From Octopus bimaculoides (Eukaryota), in the NCBI RefSeq assembly GCF_001194135.2, contig NC_068990.1, forward strand, positions 33,966,349 through 34,030,348: a stretch of DNA of 64,000 nucleotides. The letters run 5' to 3'. The position numbers and the translations under genes were made by a program. The first letter of the stretch is position 1. Each line of letters begins with the position of its first letter. This document shows, in pieces, positions 38,821 to 50,689 of the stretch. Under the pieces are notes generated by a model, which saw nothing but the letters and a program-made list of their open reading frames with translations, had not been told where the DNA came from and ran no database searches.

Positions 38821-39091
38821 CAGTTGTGGCGTGCAAGAGAGACGATTGCGCTGGTATGGACATGTGGTGAGAATGGAGGAGGATAGCTGCGTGAAAAAGT
38901 GCCACACCCTAACAGTTGAGGGAACCCGTGGAAGAGGTAGGCCCAGGAAGACCTGGGCTGAGGTGGTGAGGCAAGACCTTCGTACATTGGGCCTCACCGA
39001 GGCGATGACTACGGACCGAGACCTTTGGAAATGGGCTGTGCGTGAGAAGACCCGGCAAGCCAAGTAAGATCGTTGCCAGTGCCCCTGGACT
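38821..39091 (+). mobile_element. Young RTE 3' coding end and start of 3' UTR
   Basis: Uninterrupted CGVQERRLRWYGHVVRMEEDSCVKKCHTLTVEGTRGRGRPRKTWAEVVRQDLRTLGLTEAMTTDRDLWKWAVREKTRQAK*; CpGs retained; runs into a gap. Confidence 0.92.
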
Positions 39092-39751
39092 NNNNNNNNN
39101 NNNNNNNNNNNNNNNNNNNNNNNNNNNNNNNNNNNNNNNNNNNNNNNNNNNNNNNNNNNNNNNNNNNNNNNNNNNNNNNNNNNNNNNNNNNNNNNNNNNN
39201 NNNNNNNNNNNNNNNNNNNNNNNNNNNNNNNNNNNNNNNNNNNNNNNNNNNNNNNNNNNNNNNNNNNNNNNNNNNNNNNNNNNNNNNNNNNNNNNNNNNN
39301 NNNNNNNNNNNNNNNNNNNNNNNNNNNNNNNNNNNNNNNNNNNNNNNNNNNNNNNNNNNNNNNNNNNNNNNNNNNNNNNNNNNNNNNNNNNNNNNNNNNN
39401 NNNNNNNNNNNNNNNNNNNNNNNNNNNNNNNNNNNNNNNNNNNNNNNNNNNNNNNNNNNNNNNNNNNNNNNNNNNNNNNNNNNNNNNNNNNNNNNNNNNN
39501 NNNNNNNNNNNNNNNNNNNNNNNNNNNNNNNNNNNNNNNNNNNNNNNNNNNNNNNNNNNNNNNNNNNNNNNNNNNNNNNNNNNNNNNNNNNNNNNNNNNN
39601 NNNNNNNNNNNNNNNNNNNNNNNNNNNNNNNNNNNNNNNNNNNNNNNNNNNNNNNNNNNNNNNNNNNNNNNNNNNNNNNNNNNNNNNNNNNNNNNNNNNN
39701 NNNNNNNNNNNNNNNNNNNNNNNNNNNNNNNNNNNNNNNNNNNNNNNNNNN

Positions 39752-39796
<45 letters not shown>

Positions 39797-40974
39797 GACA
39801 GACACACACACATATACATACATACAAGCTAAAATATTAGCATGAGCGAAGTGATGAAAACTCTATTGTTCAAAACGAGATATCATCTCTCAGCTTCTCT
39901 CATCATAACAGGTTTTAAATATCTAAATTACTAGGTATTGGGATTTTTATCTTAGTCGAGTACAACCTTGTAATTATTTGCTCTGCGGCTGAATGTTTCA
40001 ACATAACTGTATAACAAATCAAATATTTAGTCTAGAAATTAAAATATGTAACGAAATATTGTTGCACTAACTTGCATGATAGTAATGCTTATTACAATAA
40101 ACTGATTTTGTACGCGTAAGCAGATGAAGTTTGCTGCTACATAGATATATTCTGAGATTATGGCATTTAAAAATTTTTTCCACTATTGGCTCACAGGCTG
40201 AAACCATGGAAGAGGAAGCTGTCAATTGAAGTAACCCTCAGAGCTTGGCTGGTATTTATTTTATTGACTCTGAAAGCATGAAAGGTAAAGCTGGTCTCAA
40301 CAGGATTTGAACTAAGATTGTAAAGGTGGGAAAAATGCTGCTAGGCCATTTCACACTTCGTTCTTTCTACTCTTCTTTCTTTTATTCCCTCTCTCTCACA
40401 TTTCCTGGCTTTCTCTTCATTCTCACCTTCCCTCCTCTTTCACCTTACTCTTTCCCTTTTTTTCTCGTCCCTCCCTAATTCTTCTGTCTCTCTGCCTCTA
40501 CCGCTCCTCTCTCTCCCCACATGACTGGTGTTCGACCAAGCCTGACCTTTCTTCCTTTCTACCATCTGTGCAATATCTATATTCCTCCCCATGCCTGTCG
40601 TCTCTGCTGTGAAGCTTCACTTTCCTATGCGTCAGCTTAATTTAATTTGTCCTTAGTCGAAAGACACCTGTTATGTCCTGTTATTTGCATTTGTATTTGT
40701 GTAATATTTCTCTGTTTTTTTCTGTCCTTGTTTTTGTATACATTCGCTGTTTTCTTCCAAGTAATGTAATGTTCTTAGCTTAGTTCTCCCTTAGAGCAGG
40801 CCAGGTCGGAGCAATCTTGATTATAACCAGCTGAAATTGCAAAGATAATCTGGAGCTTGACTGAGGAAAGAAAACTTTTCTTGCCCCCCTTTTGTATCAT
40901 CTGTCAGGATATTTTGCATTCTTGTTCCATGTTTTGTATTCCATTATATACATATGCATATATACATATATGTT

Positions 40975-41392
40975 TGTGTGTCTGCATTTGTATTTGTCAC
41001 CTCATCATCACTTGACAACCAATGCTGGTGTGTTTATGTCCCCATAACTTAGAGTTTTGGCAAAAGAGACTGATAGAATAAGCGCTAGGCTTACAAAGAT
41101 TAAAGTCCTGGGATCAATTTGTCCAAATAAAGGTGGTGCTCCAGCATGACTGCAGTCAAATGACTGAAACAATTAAAACAATAAAAGGATAATAGAATAT
41201 ATATCTTCTATTCTTTTTCTTGTTTCAGACTGCGGCCATGCTGGAGCACTGCCTTGAAGGATTTTAGTTGAAAAATTGAGCCCAGGACTAATATCTTAAG
41301 CCCAGTACTTACTTTATCAGTATCTTTTTGCCAAACTGCTAAGTTATAGGGAGATAAACATACCAACACCAGTTGTCAAGTGGTGTCAGGGA

Positions 41393-41482
<90 letters not shown>

Positions 41483-41623
41483 CATACACACATATACAAT
41501 GGGTTTCATTCAGCTTCTGTCTACCAAATCCACTCACAAGGCTTTGGTTGGCCCACAGCTATGGTAGAAAACACTTGCCCAAGGTACCATGCAGTGGGAC
41601 TGAACCCAGAACAATGTGATTGG

Positions 41624-41625
<2 letters not shown>
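40975..41625. mobile_element. Tail-to-tail SINE family A pair (+ half 40975-41190, - copy 41203-41625)
   Basis: Both segments are homologous to family A, in opposite orientations. Confidence 0.8.
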
Positions 41626-41667
<42 letters not shown>

Positions 41668-42282
41668 AATGCAAATGTATAATATATCTATAGAAAGAGA
41701 GGGAGTAGGATGAGCGAAGTAAGTTTAACCGATATTCTTAGAATGAACCAGATTTTCTACTATGAACTTCTCGAAATATTGTTTCTAATTAGGAGTAAAG
41801 ATGTCATTGTAATTAAGAATAAGGATACTTCATTATAATTAACAATAATGAGATTCCATTATAATCAATAGTAAATTAGTTGTTACCTTAATTCCATTTA
41901 CTAGTTAACAAAAGTGAATACAAAATTTGAGTATATTTTGAGGCTTTATTTATATTTAAGGTGATTAGTATATCTGCTTCATTACTTAATATAGTGATAA
42001 CAATCATGGGGTTGTTAGTGTAGGAAATAACTACAACACATAGTCGCTTAGCTTGCAACAAATAACTTTGAATACAAAATTTTTTATCTGTTCTATAACA
42101 CAAAATATAGAAGTATACGAAGTTTGAAAGTGTTTCGGTACCAAAAACACTACATAAAACATAAATGAAAAGTGATGCCCATCAGTTCAGAAGGATCCGA
42201 AATAGCAACTAAATTTCATCTATATCACATCCTTTTATCTTAAAAAAGGGAAAAGAAGGCTACAATGAATAGTGAAGTCCTT

Positions 42283-44626
42283 GTATAACACACACACACA
42301 CACATACACTAATGTATATTGACTAGCTAGTGTAAATATAATATTGCTTTGTGAAAGCTTGATTGGTCTGGTTAATTTCTGTGTACAGAAACTTTTTATG
42401 TATATATGCATGTATGTATGTACATATGTATGTATGTATAGTCAGAATGGCCATGAGCAGAACGCCTTTGATCATTAGTTTGTTCAGTCAAAGTTGATCT
42501 GGGATTAAGCAACAACAACAAATGAGAAAGTCTTATGACTGGTCATGCTAGATATAGTAGCTAAATCTCTCAAATCAAATCCTATTGTCTTGAAAGAAAA
42601 AAGAGGAGGTACATTAAAAATTGTACTTATAGTCATACTTTGTATAACTATACTTTGTATAATACTTTGTATTAGAATTGCAATGTTGTATGGTTGTTAG
42701 ACATGGGCTTTGAATGCAGAGGACATGAGAAAACTGGAAGAAAATAAAGTGAATATGCTCTGTGGGATCTGCCATGTCAGTGTGCATGAGAAACATGGTA
42801 CAAAGGTGTTGAGTGAAAAACTGGGCATAAGGGGTATCGGGTGTTGTGTGCCAGAAAAAAGACTGTACTGGTATGGATATGTGATGCATATGGATGAGGA
42901 GAGCTGCATAAAAAAAAAGCCATAAATGTAATACAGCTGGAAGTTCTGAGTGAGGGAGAGTCAAGAAGATACGGGATGAAGTGGTGAAAGGTGACCTCTG
43001 GATTCTGAGTGTCATGGAGAAGATGACAAATGACCAGTAAAACATTTCAAAAAAACTGATAGCAGTTTTAGAGCATTGTTTTATTTCAGAACGATCGTTT
43101 TCCTATTAGATGGTCAGCTTTCTATAAGAAAGACAGAATGGCCCAAATAGAACAAGAAGAGACACATGGGATGGAGAGTCACTGAAGAGGTCACAAGACA
43201 AAGAACATAAAACAAGAACAATAATAAATCTGAAACAAATAAATAGTGCCTGTGTTTATTTGGCAAAAATTAAAACGACCATCTCGAAATATAATAATAT
43301 TTGTTTAAACACACAATTTCACCCAGGAATCTTGCAAAACAAATGCATAAACGTAGCTAATGACTGTTCTGTGCCAGTAGTCACAGAAAGCATGAGTGTA
43401 CAGTGACTTCCTGGCATCACAATACATATATAACACTACCAATAGTTGAAAATTAATTTTACTAAAGTGTTACCACACTGCAATAAACACTGTAGATAAA
43501 TAATACTAAAATCATGAATTCAAGAAGAAATCTATTCATTTTAAGCTGTTTATTAATCTCCTTAGTCACAAACAAGCTATAATTTTCCTAGAAAGCAAAA
43601 GAGAAAAATTACATTTGAAGAAACACTTAGCAAGGTTTGACTGAAATACAAGAAAAAAATGTCATAAATCTGTTAAAGAGGAACAACAGAACAAGATATG
43701 AGAATTGCTTGCTAAAATGTTACAAACAATCAAAGAAAAACAGAAATTTAATATATAACTATTGCGAATAAAACCCTCAAATTTATATTCCTGTAAGGGA
43801 CACTTTGAATATTTAAAATGTATTTTAATAAATTGAACAGCTTAAAAAAAAATAATCTCACATTTAATAAAATCTACAATTATTCTATTTTCTATTTATT
43901 TTTATCTTTTTTTTTATCTTCATTCCATTTCAGTAGATTTTTTTTTTTTAAACTGAAGATAAAATATGTAACATAATTTTCATCTAAAGAAAAATATCCT
44001 CCAGGAAATATTTCTTAAAACATCACAGTATTTTGAAAATTTAAAAATATTAATCTTCAATATTGTAGTACAGTACAGTCTCCATTTGTATGACAATTTA
44101 AACACCATACAAATAAAAAAAAAAGCAAATTCATCTTGATTTAAAGATATAATTACATATACAATTAAACAAATTATCTCAAGTCATTTTAGTACACAAA
44201 TACAAACTTTAAAATATTAACATCATTGCACCATTACAGCTGTGACATTTATTGTATGTGTGCCTGTGTGTGCATACACACACACACATACATACATCAA
44301 CCAATTTCTACATCACAAATGCAATCTTTAAGTGGAACGGTGAAACTATGCAAGACTATTCTCAGGTTTAAAATGTGACATTGTTTTTGAAATCTATCTT
44401 CCACTAATAGAGCTTTGTATCTTTGTTGGACACCAATTCCTTCTTCAGAGGAAGAATTTAAATAATTAAGTACAAAAAGAGGCACGCATACATATGTACA
44501 TACATACATACATATACACATGAAAAGTTTCTGTACACAGAAATTAACCAAACCAATCAAGCTGTCATTAAGCAATACTATATTCGCACTAGCTAGTCAA
44601 TATACATTAGTGTATGTGTGTTATAC
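42283..44626. repeat. Inverted repeat pair (42283-42432 and 44487-44626) enclosing ~2 kb
   Basis: acatacactaatgtatattgactagctagtg...gcttgattggt.tggttaatttctgtgtacagaaactttt is present in both orientations. Confidence 0.88.
42680..43040 (+). mobile_element. RTE C-terminal fragment
   Basis: NAEDMRKLEENKVNMLCGICHVSVHEKHGTKVLSEKLGIRGIGCCVPEKRLYWYGYVMHM. Confidence 0.8.
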
Positions 44627-44645
44627 ATACATATATATACATATA

Positions 44646-45028
44646 CTCTTTTACTTGTTTCAGTCATTTGACTGTGGCCATGCTGGAGCACCGCCTTTAG
44701 TCGAGCAAACTGACCCCAGGACTTATTCTTTGTAATCTTAGTACTTATTCTATCGGTCTCTTTTGCCAAACTGCTAGGTTACAGGGATCTAAACACACCA
44801 GTATCGGTTGTCAAGTGATGTTGGGGGGACAAACACAGACACACATACACGCATATACACACATATACATATATACGATGGGCTTCTTTCAGTTTCCGTC
44901 TCCCAAATCCACTCACAAGGCTTTGGTCAGCCCGAGGCTATAGTAGAAGATACTTGCACAAGGTGCCATGCAGTGGGACTGAACCCGGAACCATGTGGTT
45001 GGTAAGCAAGTTACTTACCACACAGCCA
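44646..45028 (-). mobile_element. SINE family A copy
   Basis: Full-length reverse-complement copy. Confidence 0.85.
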
Positions 45029-45039
45029 TCATCATCATC

Positions 45040-46812
45040 ATTATCATCATCATTTAGCATCTGTTGTCCATGATGGCATGGGTTGGACAGTTTGACCAGG
45101 GCTGGCAAGCTGGAAGGTTGCACCAGACCCCAGTTTGATTTCATATGGTTTCTACAGCTGGATGCCCTTCCTAACACCAACCACTCTGGGAGTGTAAAGG
45201 GTGTTTTTATGTTCCACTGGCATGGGTGCCATTTGCATGACACTGGTATCTACCATGACTGTGATTTTACTTGGCTTGATGGGACTTCTTCTCAAGCATG
45301 ACATAATGCCAAAGATCTTGGTCATTGCCTCCATGAGGCCCAACACTAGAAAGGAGCTTTTCACATGCCACCGGCATTGGCTACTTTTCTGCCATGAGGG
45401 CCAACACTTAAAAGGTGCTTTTTACATGCCAATGACACTGGTGCCAGTTATGTAACATCAGCATCAGCCACAACTATGATTTCACTTGGCTTGACAGGTC
45501 TTCTCAAGCACGGCATATCACCAAAGGTTTCGGTCACTAGTCATTGCCTTTATGAGGTCCAAAGTTCAAAGGTCATGCTTCACCACTTCATCCCATGTCT
45601 TCCTGGGTCTACCTCTACCACAAGTTCGCTCTACAGTTAGAGATCGGCACATCTTTACACAGTTGTCCTCATCCATACACATCACATGACCATACCAGCA
45701 CAGTTGTCTCTCTTGCACACCACATCTGATGCCTCTTATACCCAACTTTTCTCTCAAGATGCTTACACTCTGTTGAACAAGCACACTGACATTGCACATT
45801 CAGCAAAGCCTACGCATGTCCTTGGCAGTCACAGTCCATGTTTCACTGTTGTGTTGCATAGCTGTTCACTCACAGACATCATACAACCTGTCTTTCACTC
45901 TGAGGGAGAGGCCCGTTGTTGCCAGCAGAGGTAGGAGTTCTCTGAACTTTGCCCATCCTATTCTTATTCTCACAGATACACTCCTGGAGCATCCACTTCT
46001 GCTACTAACTTGGTCACTTAGATAATGGAAGCTATCTACTACCTCTAGCTTACCCCACTGACAGATGATGGAGTCTATATTCTGTACGTTTTCGGTGTTT
46101 ATTGTACCTGTGCATCTTCCACACAGAAAAGCTGTTTTCCCTGTTAACCTTCCACTGATATTGCTACACTTTTTATGTGTTCAAACCTTACATTGGGTAC
46201 ATCTTTTGGGGTTTCTACCTACGCCTTTTGTACAGATTGAACAGGGCCATCTACCTGAAGGAATTTGTGATTTGTCTACCTTCCTACTTACTAAGGCTTT
46301 GGTTTTTGTTAGGTTAACTCTAAGGCCCTTTGATTTTAGACCTTGCTTCCATTACTGGAACTTCTCTAGTTCTGGTAGTGATTAAGCTATAAAAACAAGG
46401 TCATCAGCATAGAGGAGCTCCCAGGGACAGCTTGTCTTAAATTTCTTTCTTATTACCTGGAGGACTATAATGTACCCTGAATTCTTTGCTGTACTCATTG
46501 CTAACCCTCACCTTACTGGTAGCATCCCTGTACATAGCTCATACAACTCTCACCAAGCACACACCTATCCCTAGTTTCCACATTGACCACCAGATAAGGG
46601 ATTGGGGGACCCTGTCAAAGGTTTTTTCCAAGTCAACAAAAGCCAGGTACAAAGGTTTATCTTTGGCTATGTATTTCTCTTGCAGCTGCCTTACCAGAAA
46701 TATAGCATCAGAGATGCTTCTACCTGCCACAAAACCAAACTGCATCTCATCTAAACTAACTCTCTCCCTAATTGATTGGGCTACGATCCTCTCCATAACT
46801 TTCATCACCTGA
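45040..46812 (-). mobile_element. Decayed RTE-clade LINE (RT to 3' UTR), 5' part lost in gap
   Basis: MQFGFVAGRSISDAIFLVRQLQEKYIAKDKPLYLAFVDLEKTFDRVP, LLYADDL (~46400), LREKLGIRGIRCGVQERQLCWYGHVM...GRGRPRKTW, then a 3' UTR ending in (GAT)n. Confidence 0.9.
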
Positions 46813-47386
46813 TCAAACATATATATATATATATATATATATANNNNNNNNNNNNNNNNNNNNNNNNNNNNNNNNNNNNNNNNNNNNNNNNNNNNNNNNN
46901 NNNNNNNNNNNNNNNNNNNNNNNNNNNNNNNNNNNNNNNNNNNNNNNNNNNNNNNNNNNNNNNNNNNNNNNNNNNNNNNNNNNNNNNNNNNNNNNNNNNN
47001 NNNNNNNNNNNNNNNNNNNNNNNNNNNNNNNNNNNNNNNNNNNNNNNNNNNNNNNNNNNNNNNNNNNNNNNNNNNNNNNNNNNNNNNNNNNNNNNNNNNN
47101 NNNNNNNNNNNNNNNNNNNNNNNNNNNNNNNNNNNNNNNNNNNNNNNNNNNNNNNNNNNNNNNNNNNNNNNNNNNNNNNNNNNNNNNNNNNNNNNNNNNN
47201 NNNNNNNNNNNNNNNNNNNNNNNNNNNNNNNNNNNNNNNNNNNNNNNNNNNNNNNNNNNNNNNNNNNNNNNNNNNNNNNNNNNNNNNNNNNNNNNNNNNN
47301 NNNNNNNNNNNNNNNNNNNNNNNNNNNNNNNNNNNNNNNNNNNNNNNNNNNNNNNNNNNNNNNNNNNNNNNNNNNNNNNNNNNNNN

Positions 47387-47422
<36 letters not shown>

Positions 47423-48789
47423 GTGTGTGTATATATGCAGAAATAAATTTCACAGAGAAAGCAATATATAAAGAAAAGCAGAAGCTACACTTTTCTGCAT
47501 TTCATTTCCATTTTCTGTTTCACCTGTCAAAAATATTTTTTAAAGTCATAATTTCAAAAACATCCATCGACTCCAATAGCACAGCAGCTAAAAAAAACAC
47601 ATCTAAGTTAGCTTTTGCCTCCTAACTAATGTCCATCAATCACGTTGACCAAGAGATCGGTAAAAAAAAGAAGCAACGTTATTGTGCGTCAGCCAAGATG
47701 AAGAGAAATACACGGTCTATCATTGTATTGTCTGCCATTCTTTAAAGGCCATGACATAAATAACAGTGAATTTCTATTTGTGTCTTACATTCGTTATGTC
47801 AATTTTGCCTTGCATGTAAAACTGAAGATATTAGTAGATGTAAAGAATTCAATAAGAGATAGCATTTTCGCTACCACCAGCTGGGAACTGTGTTGCATGG
47901 TTAATGTCCGTAGAACTGGACAATGCTAGATTTTAAAGAATACGAACAAGCCTTTGGTGTCTTTTTTCGAGTTGTTGTTATTTTTGCTCACAGGTGCAGG
48001 CATGGCTGTGTGGTTAAGAAGCTTCATTACCAATCATGTGGTCTTGGGTTCAGTCCCACTGCATGACACCTTAGGTAAAATATTTTCATCTACAACCCCA
48101 GGCTGATCAAAGCCTTGTGAGTGGGTTTGGTAGATGTATACTGAAAGAAGTATGCATACATGTATGTGTGTGTCTTTGTGTTTGTCCTCTGGTGGAAAAT
48201 TGGCTAGGACAAAGTATTGGATGGGCCACTTCATGATATTTGTTCTTGTTATTAGTCTCAGAACTCAGGGTTCAAATTCTGATGAAATCAAACTTTGCCT
48301 TTTACACCGTCAATTATAAAATGTATCAAACTAAGGTGATGCATTTATAGAACTATACAAATGTCAGACCAGACACCTTCCAATATTTGTTCTGGTTCTT
48401 CGTTTTTTGAGTCAAAATCCAACCATGGCTTACCAACCACCCTCTTTAACACTAGCACCACCACTTGGCACCTTGTGTTCCTTCAGCAGAGTCCTCTCTG
48501 CTACAAGCAATTCAGCAACACTCAGCATGAAAATACCTTTCTCTCTCCTTTCCAGCTATTTTTGGAAGCTTGTAATAGGTCAAGAGCATGCCTCCCCTAT
48601 ACAATAATGAAAAATGAAAACAAAAACAGTCAATATACAATACTATGTACCCATGAATCAACCATAAACAGCAGTATATGCATGTATATACTTGTGATTA
48701 TTAATCTAATAGCCAATATACAATGCTATACATCAACCAAGCACTCAGTATACAGCACTATATAACACTATATGCAGCACTATAATGCT

Positions 48790-49102
48790 GAGATCCCCTT
48801 CAGTCATGACTGACCATGGGATTGCACCTAGAAAGTTACCCTTCCAGGCACAAGTTCAGGCAGTCGCCCATGCATACCAGCCTCCCCTCTCCATGCCACC
48901 AGTGTTATCCAAGGGAAATGCAAAGGACGATACAGCTTGGCACCTATGATGTCGCAACTCATTTCAACAACTGAGTGAACTAAAGCAATGTGAAATAAAG
49001 TGTCTTGCTCAAGAACACAACATGCAGCCTGGTCCAGGATTCGAACTCACAACCTCCCGATCGTAAGCTCGACGCTCAAACCACTGAGCCATGCACCTTC
49101 AC
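48790..49102 (-). mobile_element. tRNA-derived SINE (family C head)
   Basis: Minus strand has A-box tggctcagtgg, B-box gagttcgaatcc, then gtgttcttgagcaagacactttatttcacattgct. Confidence 0.8.
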
Positions 49103-49179
49103 AGCACTATAATACAGCACTATATAATACTATATGCAAACTTAACAGTCACTATATAATGCTATAGAGTTATTAATAT

Positions 49180-49480
49180 TTCTAAGTCTCTCTAAAGGAG
49201 ACTACGGCAGCAGTACTGGAAATTAATAGTTATCGCCAAGCCAACATGGCAGTCCCAAAATTAGGACGAAAGCTGCCGTGAATTAGCTCCAAGAAGCCAT
49301 CGCCTCTAGCTAGCTATGTGACACACGAAACCTGTGTCCTTTATAACCTTCGAACAGGGGAGGTCAGCAGCTTCCCCCTGCTGGTTTGGCATCTGCAGAC
49401 TAGTTTCAGGGTGTTGCCCCTTGTCAATGCAGAGCAGCCAAGCTCCAGCCAGGCGGCGCTACTGACTGTCTGTTCAAAGG
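49180..49480. mobile_element. Related hammerhead-bearing repeat, truncated by an assembly gap
   Basis: Shares ctactgactgtctgttcaaa, ttctaagtctctctaa and cctctagct...gtgacac motifs with the 19868-20315 element. The hammerhead lies at similar spacing from the cctctagct motif. Confidence 0.55.
49387..49440 (-). ncRNA. Minimal type I hammerhead ribozyme-like motif (U3/A8 core variant)
   Basis: Minus strand reads TCTGCA-TTGACAA-GGGG(CAACA)CCCT-GAAA-CTAG-TC-TGCAGA. This gives a perfect 6-bp stem I, a 4-bp stem II, GAAA, a palindromic ACTAGT stem III and a UC cleavage site. The core differs from CUGANGA at positions 3 and 8. Confidence 0.7.
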
Positions 49481-49494
49481 TTATTTATCTAATA

Positions 49495-50343
49495 NNNNNN
49501 NNNNNNNNNNNNNNNNNNNNNNNNNNNNNNNNNNNNNNNNNNNNNNNNNNNNNNNNNNNNNNNNNNNNNNNNNNNNNNNNNNNNNNNNNNNNNNNNNNNN
49601 NNNNNNNNNNNNNNNNNNNNNNNNNNNNNNNNNNNNNNNNNNNNNNNNNNNNNNNNNNNNNNNNNNNNNNNNNNNNNNNNNNNNNNNNNNNNNNNNNNNN
49701 NNNNNNNNNNNNNNNNNNNNNNNNNNNNNNNNNNNNNNNNNNNNNNNNNNNNNNNNNNNNNNNNNNNNNNNNNNNNNNNNNNNNNNNNNNNNNNNNNNNN
49801 NNNNNNNNNNNNNNNNNNNNNNNNNNNNNNNNNNNNNNNNNNNNNNNNNNNNNNNNNNNNNNNNNNNNNNNNNNNNNNNNNNNNNNNNNNNNNNNNNNNN
49901 NNNNNNNNNNNNNNNNNNNNNNNNNNNNNNNNNNNNNNNNNNNNNNNNNNNNNNNNNNNNNNNNNNNNNNNNNNNNNNNNNNNNNNNNNNNNNNNNNNNN
50001 NNNNNNNNNNNNNNNNNNNNNNNNNNNNNNNNNNNNNNNNNNNNNNNNNNNNNNNNNNNNNNNNNNNNNNNNNNNNNNNNNNNNNNNNNNNNNNNNNNNN
50101 NNNNNNNNNNNNNNNNNNNNNNNNNNNNNNNNNNNNNNNNNNNNNNNNNNNNNNNNNNNNNNNNNNNNNNNNNNNNNNNNNNNNNNNNNNNNNNNNNNNN
50201 NNNNNNNNNNNNNNNNNNNNNNNNNNNNNNNNNNNNNNNNNNNNNNNNNNNNNNNNNNNNNNNNNNNNNNNNNNNNNNNNNNNNNNNNNNNNNNNNNNNN
50301 NNNNNNNNNNNNNNNNNNNNNNNNNNNNNNNNNNNNNNNNNNN
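49495..50343. other. Largest assembly gap
   Basis: N run. Other gaps: 3501-3608, 33865-33874, 34822-34831, 39092-39751, 46844-47386, 55574-55710, 63156-63563. Confidence 1.
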
Positions 50344-50443
50344 ACGTGTGTTGAAAGAAATACAATTAAACCTTGGGAGAGGCATTATGCCAGTAATAAA
50401 CACACGCACTGGTTCAGTCCTTTATTAATTTATATAGTTTTTT

Positions 50444-50484
50444 GTTAAATTATTTCATTGCACTCTTGCAATCTCTTCAGTAAC
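50444..50484 (-). ncRNA. Hammerhead ribozyme-like motif (weak stems I and III)
   Basis: Minus strand reads GTTA-CTGAAGA-G-ATTGCA(AGAG)TGCAAT-GAAA-TAA-TT-TAAC. Canonical core, perfect 6-bp stem II, 4-bp stem I, UU site. Confidence 0.4.
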
Positions 50485-50689
50485 TTGTCTCTCCACTTCC
50501 ATTTATTTTGAATGTATGATCTGGCGTTGTTTTGGCGTTGTTTCGAAACTGTTCGGTATGAGCATGTGAGTGTGTGCAAGCTTGTATGTGTGCACGCACT
50601 TATGTGTTCATGCTTATATGTAAGTATGTGCGTCCATATGTGTGTTTGTAACAATTTCGTTTATAACAGATCAGATAGAAACTTTTTAA

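Noticed and set aside
38692-39845. Very long ORFs in the supplied track (also 46539-47471, 49318-50448, 62966-63751)
   Set aside because: They run through N gaps and microsatellites.
47660-47750. Cys-rich piggyBac-like C-terminus (KKQRYC...YHCIVCH)
   Set aside because: Requires a frameshift, too short, and no TTAA or TIR support.
49030-49102. tRNA gene
   Set aside because: A and B boxes are present, but the sequence runs straight into a SINE body with no complete acceptor stem; it is a SINE head.
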